Assembly (NCBI GenBank): GCA_965222155.1
Contig: CBDCTH010000012.1
Location: forward strand, 1,824,001-1,888,000
Direction: 5' to 3'
Source: Gammaproteobacteria bacterium
GTDB taxonomy: Bacteria; Pseudomonadota; Gammaproteobacteria; Eutrophobiales; Eutrophobiaceae
Length of the DNA stretch: 64,000 nucleotides
The notes beneath the pieces are model-generated. The model was not told the DNA's origin and searched no databases. It saw nothing but the letters and a program-made list of their open reading frames with translations. A program made the translations under genes and the position numbers. Below, in pieces: positions 12,735 through 23,220 of the stretch (position 1 is its first letter; the number at the start of each line of letters is the position of its first letter).

Positions 12735-15700
12735 TTATTGGCACATATTCGGAGTCAGCTGTAGAGAGATTTCAGCAAGTTGGGCTTGCGCCCGATTGAT
12801 GAGGTCGCCGGCCCGACCGGCCATCAATGGGCCACTGGAAAAAGTATCCACTGTTCTTTCTAATCGACTCAGCCACCTGCCGGGGAGATTGTTCCGACCG
12901 CATCCTGACAGACTGTTACGTAATACCTTTACTTTCTCAAAGTCTTCTATCCCTTCGCGCAGCAACTCCGAGCGAATGCTGGGCACGACTGTCATGTCCC
13001 TGTCGTTACTGCTCCGGTATACCAGTGAGAAATCACCCGCGCTATAGGCGCCCTCACGCAAGTCCAGCGGATCAGATGACCTCCAGTTATCAAAGGCCCA
13101 GCGCAAATAACCATCCTGGCGTCTTTGCAGGGCATGCCAGGGTAGTGCTGCCATGTCCAGTGGATCTGCATTGGCGGCAACGAAGCTGTTGGGGCGGGGT
13201 TGCACACAGCTTGTGTAGAAAGTGCTTATCTGGTCCGGGTAGTTAGTCCGGTTATCTGCATAGGTCCAGCCCAGGTACGCTGTGGGAGTACAGGTTTCTG
13301 ACCCCATACAGCGATATATGTCATAGCCTGTAGTAGCATTCCCAGTCCAACTCAGCTGGATTGCCGTGGCGCTTGCTGCCAGTGTTGTCAACTCAGTGGG
13401 TATTGTGCCGGTATTGCCTGGTTGCGCTGTGTCTGCTGCAATACGGTCATCTCGTTGGACTGGCTGTCGCAGACGGTCCCATTACACGCCTGCAACGCAG
13501 AGGGATAGGCCGATGCCACAGAGTAGTTGAAATCCCACCCTGACCACGAATCCCACACTTGGTGATTAACCATATCAGCAGCCATCGCCGTTATCTGGTG
13601 AGATCGGTTCCCGCAGCCGCTCCTGTTACATGCTTGCACCGTATAACGATAGGTCATATTCGCAGCCACATCAGAGTCGCTATAGGTGATACCGGATGCC
13701 ACCCAGTCCAACCAGGCAGGGATACAGGGACCATTCTCGTCCACACAGCGGTAGATGTTATAACCAGTCAGAGCGCTGCTGCCGGTTGCCGACGGCGCCG
13801 TCCAGTTCAACGTAATCCCCGTAGCGTTCATCGCAGTTAAGCCAGTCGGTTCCCCCGGAACGGTCGGTGTCTGTGCCATCACCGTCACGGGGGGTGACGG
13901 AGCACTGCAGACATCATTGCACGCGTCCACTGCATAGCGGTAGGTCTCGCCCGTTATCAACCCGCTGTCAACATAAGTGGCGCCGACCAGCACCATCGAA
14001 CCGGAGCTATCATAAAGCTTGCTGAGAACATGGTCATCAGGACCGTCATGCCCGTAACCAATATAAGCCAATCCGATTTTCCAGTTTTCATCAATGGCTC
14101 GAACCAGATTGATCACTGCCTCCGTATCGTCCTCAGAAGATTCGTCCATGTAGAGAACCGTTTTATCGAGCCATTCTTTTTCCAGCAGGTGAGCTCTGAA
14201 GTCAATTAAAAAATGTCTCCAGCGTGTATTCCAGGCAGATGACCCTACATCTGCTCGAAATGTTTTCTTGCTTTGAGTGGTCTCGTCCCAATAGGGGATG
14301 TCACCCCAGTTCCAGCCCACCGGAGAGAAAGCGCTGATCTGTTGATCAAGACCCCAGGCCGCAAGACGACTCACGTAGGTATCAAAAACAGAATAGTCGT
14401 ATTCCCGACTGCCGTTTCTTTTCAGCGTCCAACGGATCATGGACGGTGCGCCCAAGGCACCCTCTTTAATGTAAGTAGTCACGGTTCGCTGACCCAGTTC
14501 GGCCAGATAACGGTAGGTGGGTTCCAGCAGCGCATAATGTTCTTCCGACCAGAGTTCTATCCGACCTCCCGGATTAGCATCGTTGTATCGGTCCAGCACG
14601 GAGACGGGAAACTGCCACAAATCCAGGTGGAACTGCCGCTCTGCTGTTCCGGGCATAGTCCAGGTAGTAACCTGAAGCGAAACTTGAAGCGTTGTCCGGG
14701 CAACTGGTGTTGCCCCTGATACTGCATTGATAGTCACTGTAGCTGAGTATTCTCCAGCGGGAGTATCAGATGGGATATCCACTGACATCCACACCAATTC
14801 AGGCCAGGATAGCGGCAATGTCTGGTCCGGTCCGGAAAACAGCGCATCGGACAGGTATACAGTTGTATTCTCTTGCTCATAATTCTTATTGCAGCTACGT
14901 ACCTCGGTATGCCCGGCGACAAAACGGGGATAGCGGAACGATACCGCACTGGCTGGAATGACGTCATTCGTCACGCTTGTAAGATCAGTGGAAACCAGAG
15001 ATATTCGACTATTTGACGGGACGTGTTTGACCAGGATATGTTGCTGGATACGTTCGCCTTTCCAGGCGATGCTGTTCCATGTGGTTATACCAGATAGTTC
15101 AGGTAAAACATCTCTTCGGAACCATTGAGACCCGGATTCAAATGAAGCCTCAAGTTCGCCCAGGCAGGAACATATAGTCCCAGGTACAGCCGAAAGGTCA
15201 CTACATCCGGCAGATGCGCCCTTGAGTGCCTCATTCACCGCGCGCACCGAAAGCGAATACTGAACACCATCAATCAAACCGGTAACCGTATACGACTTTG
15301 TTGTCGTACCGGTGGGTATAATACTGATCCAGCTTCCATTGTCAGTCCCAGTCCTGATTAGAAGCTCCCATCCCGTGACAGGGCCTGATGGGGGCGTCCA
15401 ACTCAACGTGATTTGCCCATCAGCCGGTGTGGCTATCAGATTCGTCGGTGCATCTGGCGCGGACGCAATGGGCGGAGGTATCTCCCGTGCCACCGCCGTC
15501 ACTGCTTCAGACCGCTCTCCATTTGCATAATCCGGTGGATACGACGCTGCCACTGCATACAGATAGGTGGCGCCTTCAGTCACCCCGCCGGTCTCTCCAC
15601 CGGTGTCGGTGTAACTGGTTGGCGCAGGGGGGGCATCACCTTTATTCGCAACCCAGGCATGCCATTCCAACTCACAGGCCACCGCACCGGACTGCACACT

Positions 15701-16237
15701 GCAACGATACACGTTGTAACCCAATATGCCGTTTGCCGGCACCGTCCAAGTCAGACTAATCGAGGTCGTACTGGTGGCCACGATCGTCAGACCGGTCGGC
15801 GCCGCCGATAACGGCTTCTCCGGCTGCAGGGGCGACTCACCCTGCGCCACCGCCTCCACCTCATTCGACCAGTTACCTTCTTCAGCGCGGTAAGCCGCCA
15901 CCACATAACGGTGAGTCGTGCCTGAAATGAAGGGCTTGTCTGCCGTGCCGCTGTCCGTGTAGGTCGTGCCGCTCGTTACCCAGGCCAGCCAGTCGCTGTC
16001 GGCGTCGATGACACAACCCACCCCCTCACAGCGATACACGTTATAGGCTTCTATCGCACCGTACCCATCATCCGGCGGCGCCCTCCAACTCAGTACAATC
16101 CGGCCATCAGCGGATGCGGCAGTCAAATTCGTCGGCGTACCGGGAGCTACAGCCAGCGCCAAGGGAGAAACAACAAAAAACAATACACCATACAGTAACA
16201 GAGCAAAGCGGTTTGTTGCCAAGTTAGACTCTTCCAT
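12735..16237 (-). CDS. Secreted FN3x3 - GH123-like (DUF4091) beta-N-acetylgalactosaminidase with internal FN3 insertion; one frameshift near 13441
   Basis: ORFs 13388..16237 and 12735..13391 join with a 1-nt shift (...EMTV|AADTAQPGNTGTIPTELTTLAAS). Motifs HLDLWQFP, LYMDE, FYTSC, DGYLRWAF and LREGIEDFEK are collinear with the neighbouring paralog. Confidence 0.8.
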
Positions 16238-16414
16238 ACCAAATCATCTTTAATCTGTAATTTAAGTTACACTCCCCCTTCGGTCCCGCAAATCAGGGGA
16301 ACACGGAAAGACAAATCCTACCGTTAAGGAGATTAAAGGGTTGAATATTATTGGCATATATATAGACACCAACTTACTATTGAACAGCAATATTTATTCA
16401 CAGATATCGCTTTT

Positions 16415-16458
16415 AATGTAATAAGATTACATTTTAGGCCATAATCAAAGCAAGTCAA
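16415..16458 (-). promoter_or_regulatory. sigma70-like promoter (TTGACT-16-TAAAAT) overlapped by palindromic operator AATGTAAT-AAG-ATTACATT
   Basis: Perfect 8-bp-arm palindrome at 16415-16433; same geometry as the 20515-20558 site. Confidence 0.7.
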
Positions 16459-16474
16459 TTGTTATCGGCAACTG

Positions 16475-18727
16475 CTATCGACACATATCGGGGGTTACTG
16501 ATTGCGACATTTCATGGAGTAACGCACGAGCTTGGGAAATAAGTTCAACTGACTGCCCGGCCATCAACTGCCCGGTTGAAAAAGTGTTGACTGTCTCTTG
16601 CAACCTGGTCAGCAAATCTTCTTTTTCACACCGTAACATCACATTACGTAGTACTTGAACTTTTTCATAATCCTCAATCCCATCACGCAGCAATTCCGAC
16701 CTGGCGCTGGGGATTACCGTCATGTCTTTGTCGTTGCTATTTCGATAAACGAATGAGAAATCACCCGCGGTAAATGAACCATCACGCAAGTCCAAGGGAT
16801 TGTGGGATTTCCAGTTGTCGAAGGCCCAGCGTAAATAGCCGTCATGTTCCCTGACCATGGCATACCAGGGCATTGCTGCCATATCCGCCGGATTGGCGTC
16901 AGCGGCAACGTAATTGTTCGGGCGCCTGAGCGAACAACTCGTGTAAAAAGTAGTTACCTGGTTTGCGTAAGTCTGTACATCTGTTTCACTTTCGTAATAC
17001 CCGGACACGTCGTAAAGACTGGCGATGACGCTCTCACCTGGGGCATGGCCGTAGGCCAGGCCGATTTTCCAATCCTTGTCATTGAAGCGAATCAGGCCGA
17101 TAACCGCTTCCATTTCTTCCTTGGGCACCTCGTCCATGTACAGGACGGTTTTCTCAAACCAGCCCTTTTCAAGCAAATGTTCCTTGAAACCGGTGAGAAA
17201 GTGATTCCATAACGCGTTATATTCTTTAGATCCTATGCTAGTCTTGAATATTTTCATTTTTCCACTGGCCTCATCCCAGAAGGGGAGTTCGTCCTTATTC
17301 CATCCAACCGGGGAAAAGGCGCTGATCTGATCATCAATGCCCCACTCGGCAAGACGCTCGACATGTGCATCAAAAACCGAATAGTCGTATTGCCAACGTT
17401 TTCCGTTATCCAGTGCAATCCAACGGATCATTGACGGTGCGGCGAAGGCTCCCTCCTTGATATAAGTAGTAACGGTTCGCTGGCCCAATTCAGCCAGGTA
17501 GCGATAGGTGGGTTCCAAAAGAGCGTAATGTTCAGCTGACCAGGTCTTTATCCGTCTTCCCGGGTTGGCGTCGTTGTATCGGTCCAGTACGGATACCGGA
17601 AATTGCCATAAATCCAGGTGAAACTGCCGTTCGGAGGCTGGTGGTATGCGCCAGGGGGTCACCTCAAATTCAACATGGAGGGATACCTGCTCGCCTGAAG
17701 TCGAACTGACGGTAACACTGCCAACGTAGTCGCCGGGTTGGGCGTCACCAGGGATATCTATCGACATCCAAATTATCGCGGGATAAGAACGCGGCCGGTT
17801 TCGAGGCTGTTGCGGAAACAACGCATCTGACAAGTAGACAGCTTCGTCCCGCTCCGGGTAACCGTCGCAATCACGCGCCTCGATATCGCCGATAACGAAT
17901 TGCGGGTATCGAAACGATACCGCGCTGGCCGGGATAATATTTGCTCGACTTTTGAAATCACCGACAACCACGGAAACTTTTTTGCGTGACAGGACACCCG
18001 TCACCAGTATTTGTTTCTGTATGCGTTCACCTCTCCAGACAACACTTTTCCACGCTGATACCCCTGAGAGCTTCGGTATATTGCTTTTTTGAAACCATTG
18101 GAATTCGGATTCAAAAGATGCCGCAAATGTATCGGCAGTGACCTTAGCGCCTTTGTTGTCAGCCTGTTCGGTAGTGTCTGTCTCATTAGCGGAACTTTGC
18201 GCCTCTTCATCTACGACTTCAATGGTGAAACGCAGGGAATCCGCATCGCCCGTGGTCCAATTCTCATCATCGTCATGGACCCATAAATGGAAGGTTCTCT
18301 TCTTTAAAGCGTATTTTGGCGTACCGCTCAATACGCGTGTGAATCGATCGAGGCTCAACCCTGGCGGTAATTTAGCCGGATCAAAGCTGTAATCGCTGAG
18401 TTCGTTATTGTTGATATCAGGATCAATGTTCCCACCTGTGGCTGCGGGAAGGGTTATCACGTCGATGGGTATCCCCTTAATAAAGACAAGGTTGCCGATT
18501 TTGGCGGTGCCAGGAAAGGTCGGTGCAGTGTCAGTTTGTGCGCCGGCTTGTCCCATCCACAAGCTTGCTATAAGCGTCAACATGATCAGACTCCCCACAA
18601 TTCGACGACTTTGCAGTGGGGCAGCTGCTTTACATATTGATATCCACATCGCTTGTCGGAAAGACAGAATGATCAACAAACTGCTGAGAGCGTTCAATTT
18701 GCCATATACGTGAAATCGCTGGGCCAC
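16475..18727 (-). CDS. GH123-like (DUF4091) glycoside hydrolase with N-terminal Ig/cadherin-like (He_PIG) domain; true start probably downstream of 18727
   Basis: Signal-like segment ending AGA-Q, Ig motif LPPGLSLD...LSGTP, then LDLWQFP, YMDE, DGYLRWAF, AGDFSFVY and LRDGIEDYEK. Confidence 0.85.
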   Translation of the reverse strand: MAQRFHVYGKLNALSSLLIILSFRQAMWISICKAAAPLQSRRIVGSLIMLTLIASLWMGQAGAQTDTAPTFPGTAKIGNLVFIKGIPIDVITLPAATGGNIDPDINNNELSDYSFDPAKLPPGLSLDRFTRVLSGTPKYALKKRTFHLWVHDDDENWTTGDADSLRFTIEVVDEEAQSSANETDTTEQADNKGAKVTADTFAASFESEFQWFQKSNIPKLSGVSAWKSVVWRGERIQKQILVTGVLSRKKVSVVVGDFKSRANIIPASAVSFRYPQFVIGDIEARDCDGYPERDEAVYLSDALFPQQPRNRPRSYPAIIWMSIDIPGDAQPGDYVGSVTVSSTSGEQVSLHVEFEVTPWRIPPASERQFHLDLWQFPVSVLDRYNDANPGRRIKTWSAEHYALLEPTYRYLAELGQRTVTTYIKEGAFAAPSMIRWIALDNGKRWQYDYSVFDAHVERLAEWGIDDQISAFSPVGWNKDELPFWDEASGKMKIFKTSIGSKEYNALWNHFLTGFKEHLLEKGWFEKTVLYMDEVPKEEMEAVIGLIRFNDKDWKIGLAYGHAPGESVIASLYDVSGYYESETDVQTYANQVTTFYTSCSLRRPNNYVAADANPADMAAMPWYAMVREHDGYLRWAFDNWKSHNPLDLRDGSFTAGDFSFVYRNSNDKDMTVIPSARSELLRDGIEDYEKVQVLRNVMLRCEKEDLLTRLQETVNTFSTGQLMAGQSVELISQARALLHEMSQSVTPDMCR

Positions 18728-20322
18728 TCTCCGTATACGCGGTAGTTAATTCCCATCGCTGCATAGCGCTGACATTGAATTTCAATGCGTTTTCTGAAAT
18801 CGTCCAGGTCTTTTTCCCCCTTGGGACTCCAGGCAATCTCGGCCAGGGCAGACAGTCTTGGAAAGATCATGTATTCATAATAATCATTTGTCTTGATAAA
18901 CTCCGTCCATAGGTTGGCTTGCAGCCCGAGGACCTGTGCCTCTTGTTGCGGCGTGTACGTATCGGGGATCGGCTCCCACTGGTAAATAAGCTCAACCGAA
19001 TTGGGGCCGTTATCATTCCCTTCCCAGGGAGCGCCCGGCTCTCCCACGTAATTGGGGTAGTCGAAATAGAGGTAATTGGTGGGCGAGATAATGACACGAT
19101 GACCCTTTTTGATGGCAAGGTCGAGCGCCTCAGGCCGTAGGTGCAGCCACCACTGCACAACTGCCGCAGGGTTCACGTCAAAGTTAACTATTTCATCCCA
19201 GCCGATGGGTGTATAACCTTGGCCCACAATGAAGTCAGCCACGAACCGGTCGAAGTGCCCCTCCACCTCGTGCAGGTCGGTGTAGCCGTGTTCCTGCATG
19301 AAGGAATCTATTTCCGGTAATTTGGCCCAGTGATGGTTTCGAACTTCGTCACCGCCGAAATGAAGGTAGCCGGAGGGGAACAACTCCATGACTTCGGTCA
19401 GTATGTTCCTGACAAATTCATAGGTCTGCTTATTCCCGGGATTGAAGGTTTTGTCACCATCGAAGAATTCCGGATAGGCCCTGGCAGCCGCCTTGGAATG
19501 GCCCGGCATGTCAATTTCAGGTACAACCATGATGTGGCGCTGCCCGGCATACTCGATAATTTCACGGATTTCCTCTTTCGAGAAATACAGACGAGCAGGA
19601 CCTTCCGGGTTGGACATATCCCCGACAGCACCCACGTTGATGAGTTTTGGATACTGTTCTATCTCAAGGCGCCAACCCGGATCGTCCGTCAGGTGGAGGT
19701 GGAGTACGTTGAGTTTATGGATGGACATCGCATCAATGGTCTTTTTTAACTGCTCTTTGGAGAAGAAATGACGAGAGACATCAATCATCAGGCCTCTCCA
19801 TGAAAACCTCGGACGGTCGGTTATGTCAACGCGTGGGATTGACAGTTCATCAGGTCTGAGGAGATCGGGTTCCTGCGCGTAAATGCTTGGAGGGAACATC
19901 TGCAGTAGCGTTTGAACTCCATAGAACAGCCCTGCCGGGTCGGACGCCGAAATGTCGATTTGTTTACCGGTCACGCGTAGATGATAACCCTCCTTGTCTT
20001 GATCAGACATTTGCGGCGATGAAGCAAACAGACGCAAATTAATTGTGACCGAATCACTATCAGCCTTGCGTTGACGTATGGGCAACTCGAAACCGGCGGC
20101 TTTTCGCAGCCGCTCGGCAAGGTAGGATGCCGACGTGTGTGCGCGGTCATCAGCAACGATTGATGTTCGAGCATCTATCGAAAACGATCCCGAGGATTTT
20201 TTCAGTGAGAATGGCTTTGGAATAATCGTGAATTCAGGGTCTTCACCCTGTGCTAATAACGGTGTGCTGGAAAGGATGAACACGAAGGTAACTTTAATAA
20301 TAGGCAGAAGATAGCTTTTCAT
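18694..20322 (-). CDS. GH20 beta-N-acetylhexosaminidase, secreted
   Basis: DRPRFSWRGLMIDVSRHF, HLHLTDD.GWRLEI, PEIDMPGH, HFGGDEV and LWTE motifs; signal peptide from MKSYLL (ATG 20322). Confidence 0.95.
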   Translation of the reverse strand: MKSYLLPIIKVTFVFILSSTPLLAQGEDPEFTIIPKPFSLKKSSGSFSIDARTSIVADDRAHTSASYLAERLRKAAGFELPIRQRKADSDSVTINLRLFASSPQMSDQDKEGYHLRVTGKQIDISASDPAGLFYGVQTLLQMFPPSIYAQEPDLLRPDELSIPRVDITDRPRFSWRGLMIDVSRHFFSKEQLKKTIDAMSIHKLNVLHLHLTDDPGWRLEIEQYPKLINVGAVGDMSNPEGPARLYFSKEEIREIIEYAGQRHIMVVPEIDMPGHSKAAARAYPEFFDGDKTFNPGNKQTYEFVRNILTEVMELFPSGYLHFGGDEVRNHHWAKLPEIDSFMQEHGYTDLHEVEGHFDRFVADFIVGQGYTPIGWDEIVNFDVNPAAVVQWWLHLRPEALDLAIKKGHRVIISPTNYLYFDYPNYVGEPGAPWEGNDNGPNSVELIYQWEPIPDTYTPQQEAQVLGLQANLWTEFIKTNDYYEYMIFPRLSALAEIAWSPKGEKDLDDFRKRIEIQCQRYAAMGINYRVYGEWPSDFTYMAN

Positions 20323-20326
20323 AATT

Positions 20327-20800
20327 GGCGGCTTCAAGTCATAATCGCTACAATGTGGTATCGTTCAGCTTCAGTCAGCTGTGTGTATCTCTTGGCTCTC
20401 AGAAATCACTCTTGAGTTGGTTTCAGTCAACCTGTGACATAGTCCAGCTGACTGTCTTCTTCGGGTGTTGCACTTATTATCTGAATTTGCGAAGTAATAT
20501 TTATTCATAAAATAAACGTAATAAGATTACATTCTAGGACATCTTCAACAGGTGTCAAGTATCCTGTAGGGTTTCCAACACGGCGATTGCCCAGGGCATG
20601 GGACGGTACCGCACGACCATCTGGCGCGAGTTACAACGCAATACCGATCGTTGACGGCAGGCTGCCGTCAACGAGATGAACCATCGGCCACGCAAAAGCT
20701 TGGGGTTTAAGACCCCGTGGGAAGTATTTTCTGAACCGGTTCAGAAAAATACCAGTACCAAACCACCACTTGTGTGTTGCACTTATGACTTGAAGCTGCC
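20327..20800. mobile_element. IS30-family relics: three terminal-IR-like ends and an internally deleted transposase
   Basis: 20327-20352 and 20775-20800 are inverted repeats (22/26 match), with a third end at 20466-20491. Peptide relics AIAQGMGRYRTTIWRELQRN (HTH, ~20583-20642) and MNHRPRKSLGFKTPWEVF (IS30 C-terminus, from 20676). Confidence 0.82.
20515..20558 (-). promoter_or_regulatory. sigma70-like promoter (TTGACA-16-TAGAAT) for the GH20 operon, overlapped by operator AACGTAATAAGATTACATT
   Basis: 18/19 identical to the 16415 palindrome, with consensus -35. Confidence 0.72.
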
Positions 20801-21466
20801 AAAGATGGCCCCAAGGCTACTAGTCCTTATCCTAACAGATGGGCTAAATTTAACGATTATGCATCAGAGTATGGCTGGAAAGAGAGAGAGAATGATCAAT
20901 ATGTTTCAATTTCTCAACCTCCCGAAGTGATTAACTTTGTAAATCACTATGATTTCACCACATGGTTCTGGGACAACTGGGCTTTGCATTACTCAAGTAA
21001 TTGGCGCGACAAAAACCCTGATGGACTGCCCAATTATGTGCCGAATAACGCGGTGACCCGAGTGAACGACCTGGAGCTTGATATATTTTCCGACTACATC
21101 AAGGCCCATCTGTTTACCCCAACACCTGTGGCCAACTGGCAGTCTGTGGTTCCGCTGGTTTCCTACACGGACTATCAGGGTAATAGATTGCGCACGAATC
21201 CGAGTTGCATCTATGACATTCACGCTGTATGGGATAATCAGACAGGCGCTTTTTCAGGCAAGCCTAAAATTCCCAGCGACCCGGCAGCAATCCAGGCGCC
21301 TGATATTTCGGATGATGATAAAGACAGGCAAGAGCTGTATCATGACTTGAAATCCAACCGTAAGTTTCTCCTGACAAAAGCCACACAAACAAGCTACTTG
21401 GCTGTCTATAATGTAGCTCCAAAAGGTGGAGAGACATTTATTGCCGTCAAAAATCCCAGTGAGTAA
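20801..21466 (+). pseudogene. 5'-truncated hypothetical gene (aromatic/Asn/Asp-rich)
   Basis: The frame of ORF 20927..21466 stays open back to the IS30 end at 20800 (KDGPKATSPYPNRWAKF...), with no ATG start in the extension. Confidence 0.55.
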
Positions 21467-21553
21467 TGTCGCCAGAACCCCCCCCCTGTCCTGTCCTGTG
21501 CTGGCTAAGTTAATTCGTACGCGCACTATCCGACACTGCAGGCATCTTTTTCG

Positions 21554-21720
21554 ATGTTGCCTCCACGTGTTTACGCCAAAGAACCCCGCCTTTTGGGGCC
21601 GGGTGAGCGGTCGATTTCAAAAAACGTCTCCACACCCAATGCCAACGTTACAAGGCGATGGGCATCAACTATCGCGTCTTCGGCAATTGGCCCAGCGACG
21701 TCTCATATCCGACACACTGA
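21554..21720 (+). pseudogene. Internally deleted relic of a second GH20 gene
   Basis: MLPPRVYAKEPRLLGPGERSI matches GH20 MFPPSIYAQEPDLLRPDELSI. It is joined out of frame to DFKKRLHTQCQRYKAMGINYRVFGNWPSDVSY, which matches the GH20 C-terminus. Confidence 0.85.
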
Positions 21721-21832
21721 ATGTGATAATACACTACTCTAATCTTGAGTTCCGTCTACCCCAAGTTGATCTTAACCCGCATATATGATCAGCCCCGGTT
21801 TTACAAGGGTTGAATGGGTCTGTGGGAAGCAG

Positions 21833-22873
21833 TCAGTTGCTGCCATATATCCGGCCTCTGTGTGGGGGTGGTTGACCTCCCCCGGGCACCGGGATTGGCA
21901 CTTCCCTATAGGTTTCTACAAGAAAAGCATCGATCCCATTGTTGCGTTGGACCGGAACGTGGGGAATTCCATTCAAGAGTGACAGGGCGTTGCTATCCGC
22001 GGTCCTGTAGGAATCAACACCGTTTTTCAGAAGATTGGACTCGGTCTTCCCGGGCTCAGCCAGCCGGCGACGTGTCAGCTTCACAGCCTCAGCAGACGCG
22101 TCAATACCAATGGCTGATCTGCCAAGCAGTTTCGCAGCCACAAGGGTAGTTCCACTACCGCAGAATGGATCAAGTACGATATCACCCTCGTCAGTCGCGA
22201 GGCAGATGATCTGCTCAAGAAGCAATACAGGCTTTTGAGTTGGATAGCCCGTCCTTTCTTTCGCCTTTGGATTCAAAAACGGGATCTCCCAAACGTCGCT
22301 CAGTGGGACTCCGCGTTTGCTGCCGGAAATAATAACGTCTCCGTTCTGGTCCCGCGCGTATACCGACTTGTTTGCCGCGTCACGACTGCGGCGTTGAAGA
22401 ATCTGGTCGACGTTGGTGGTCGAGGAGTAGTCCTTAAAGATCGGGTTGAACTTATAGCCGCGGATCTTCGCGTAGAAGATAATGGTCTGATGTGCCGGCA
22501 GGAGTTTTCGCGCGGAGTTTGACCATCTCTTGTAACTCCAGATAATCTCGGACTGGAAACGCTCCGCCCCAAATACCTCATCAAGGATGATTCTGGCAAC
22601 ATGAGAGGCCGTTTTATCGCAGTGAAAGAAAATAGAACCGGTTGATTTAAGGACTCGATGCAGCTCCGCGATGCGGTCACACAAGAAAGACGCATAATGC
22701 GAAATCGAGTTCCAATGGTCGTCAAATGAGAATTCCTGGCTTCGGTCCCGGGTTTTCAGACGTTGTTTGCGTTGCGTGAAAAAGGGAGGATCAAGGTACA
22801 CCAGGTCGATACCGGCCCCGGCCCGAGAGCGAAGTATGTCGATGCAATCGCCTTGATGGACTTCTGTTTCCAT
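21833..22873 (-). CDS. Site-specific DNA methyltransferase (N4/N6, beta class); C-terminus possibly truncated
   Basis: DPPF catalytic motif precedes YPTQKP and VLDPFCGSGTT. Confidence 0.9.
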   Translation of the reverse strand: METEVHQGDCIDILRSRAGAGIDLVYLDPPFFTQRKQRLKTRDRSQEFSFDDHWNSISHYASFLCDRIAELHRVLKSTGSIFFHCDKTASHVARIILDEVFGAERFQSEIIWSYKRWSNSARKLLPAHQTIIFYAKIRGYKFNPIFKDYSSTTNVDQILQRRSRDAANKSVYARDQNGDVIISGSKRGVPLSDVWEIPFLNPKAKERTGYPTQKPVLLLEQIICLATDEGDIVLDPFCGSGTTLVAAKLLGRSAIGIDASAEAVKLTRRRLAEPGKTESNLLKNGVDSYRTADSNALSLLNGIPHVPVQRNNGIDAFLVETYREVPIPVPGGGQPPPHRGRIYGSN

Positions 22874-22874
22874 T

Positions 22875-22960
22875 TTATCTGGTATTCTCCTGAGCCAGCT
22901 CTCTAAGAATGGCCAGCAGGTCCACCTCAGTTCGGTCTTTCACGAATTGCCAATTTGTTA
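22875..22960 (-). pseudogene. Possible 3' remnant of the cognate restriction endonuclease (ApaLI-like C-terminus)
   Basis: WQFVKDRTEVDLLAILRELAQENTR* ends immediately before the methylase ATG, with in-frame stops upstream. Family resemblance is from memory only. Confidence 0.4.
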
Positions 22961-23220
22961 CCAGGTCGCATCATTACTTGGTGATGAGGCCGAGAAATCC
23001 CTCCAGCGAGTGCGCGCCAGCGTCGTTTCCCTGCATGGCATCGTCCCACAACAACCTATCGGCGATTGACCCTGGAAGGTATCCAGGTGGCCCGGCAGGG
23101 GGGGCAGGCACCAGGCATTGCGGATAACCTCGGCAGAGCCGGTGGTTTCGGGCATTAAATGACAGACAAGGTTGGTTTGTTCACTGGATTCCGGCAGGCG
23201 CCGTCATGACATGTAGTCAC

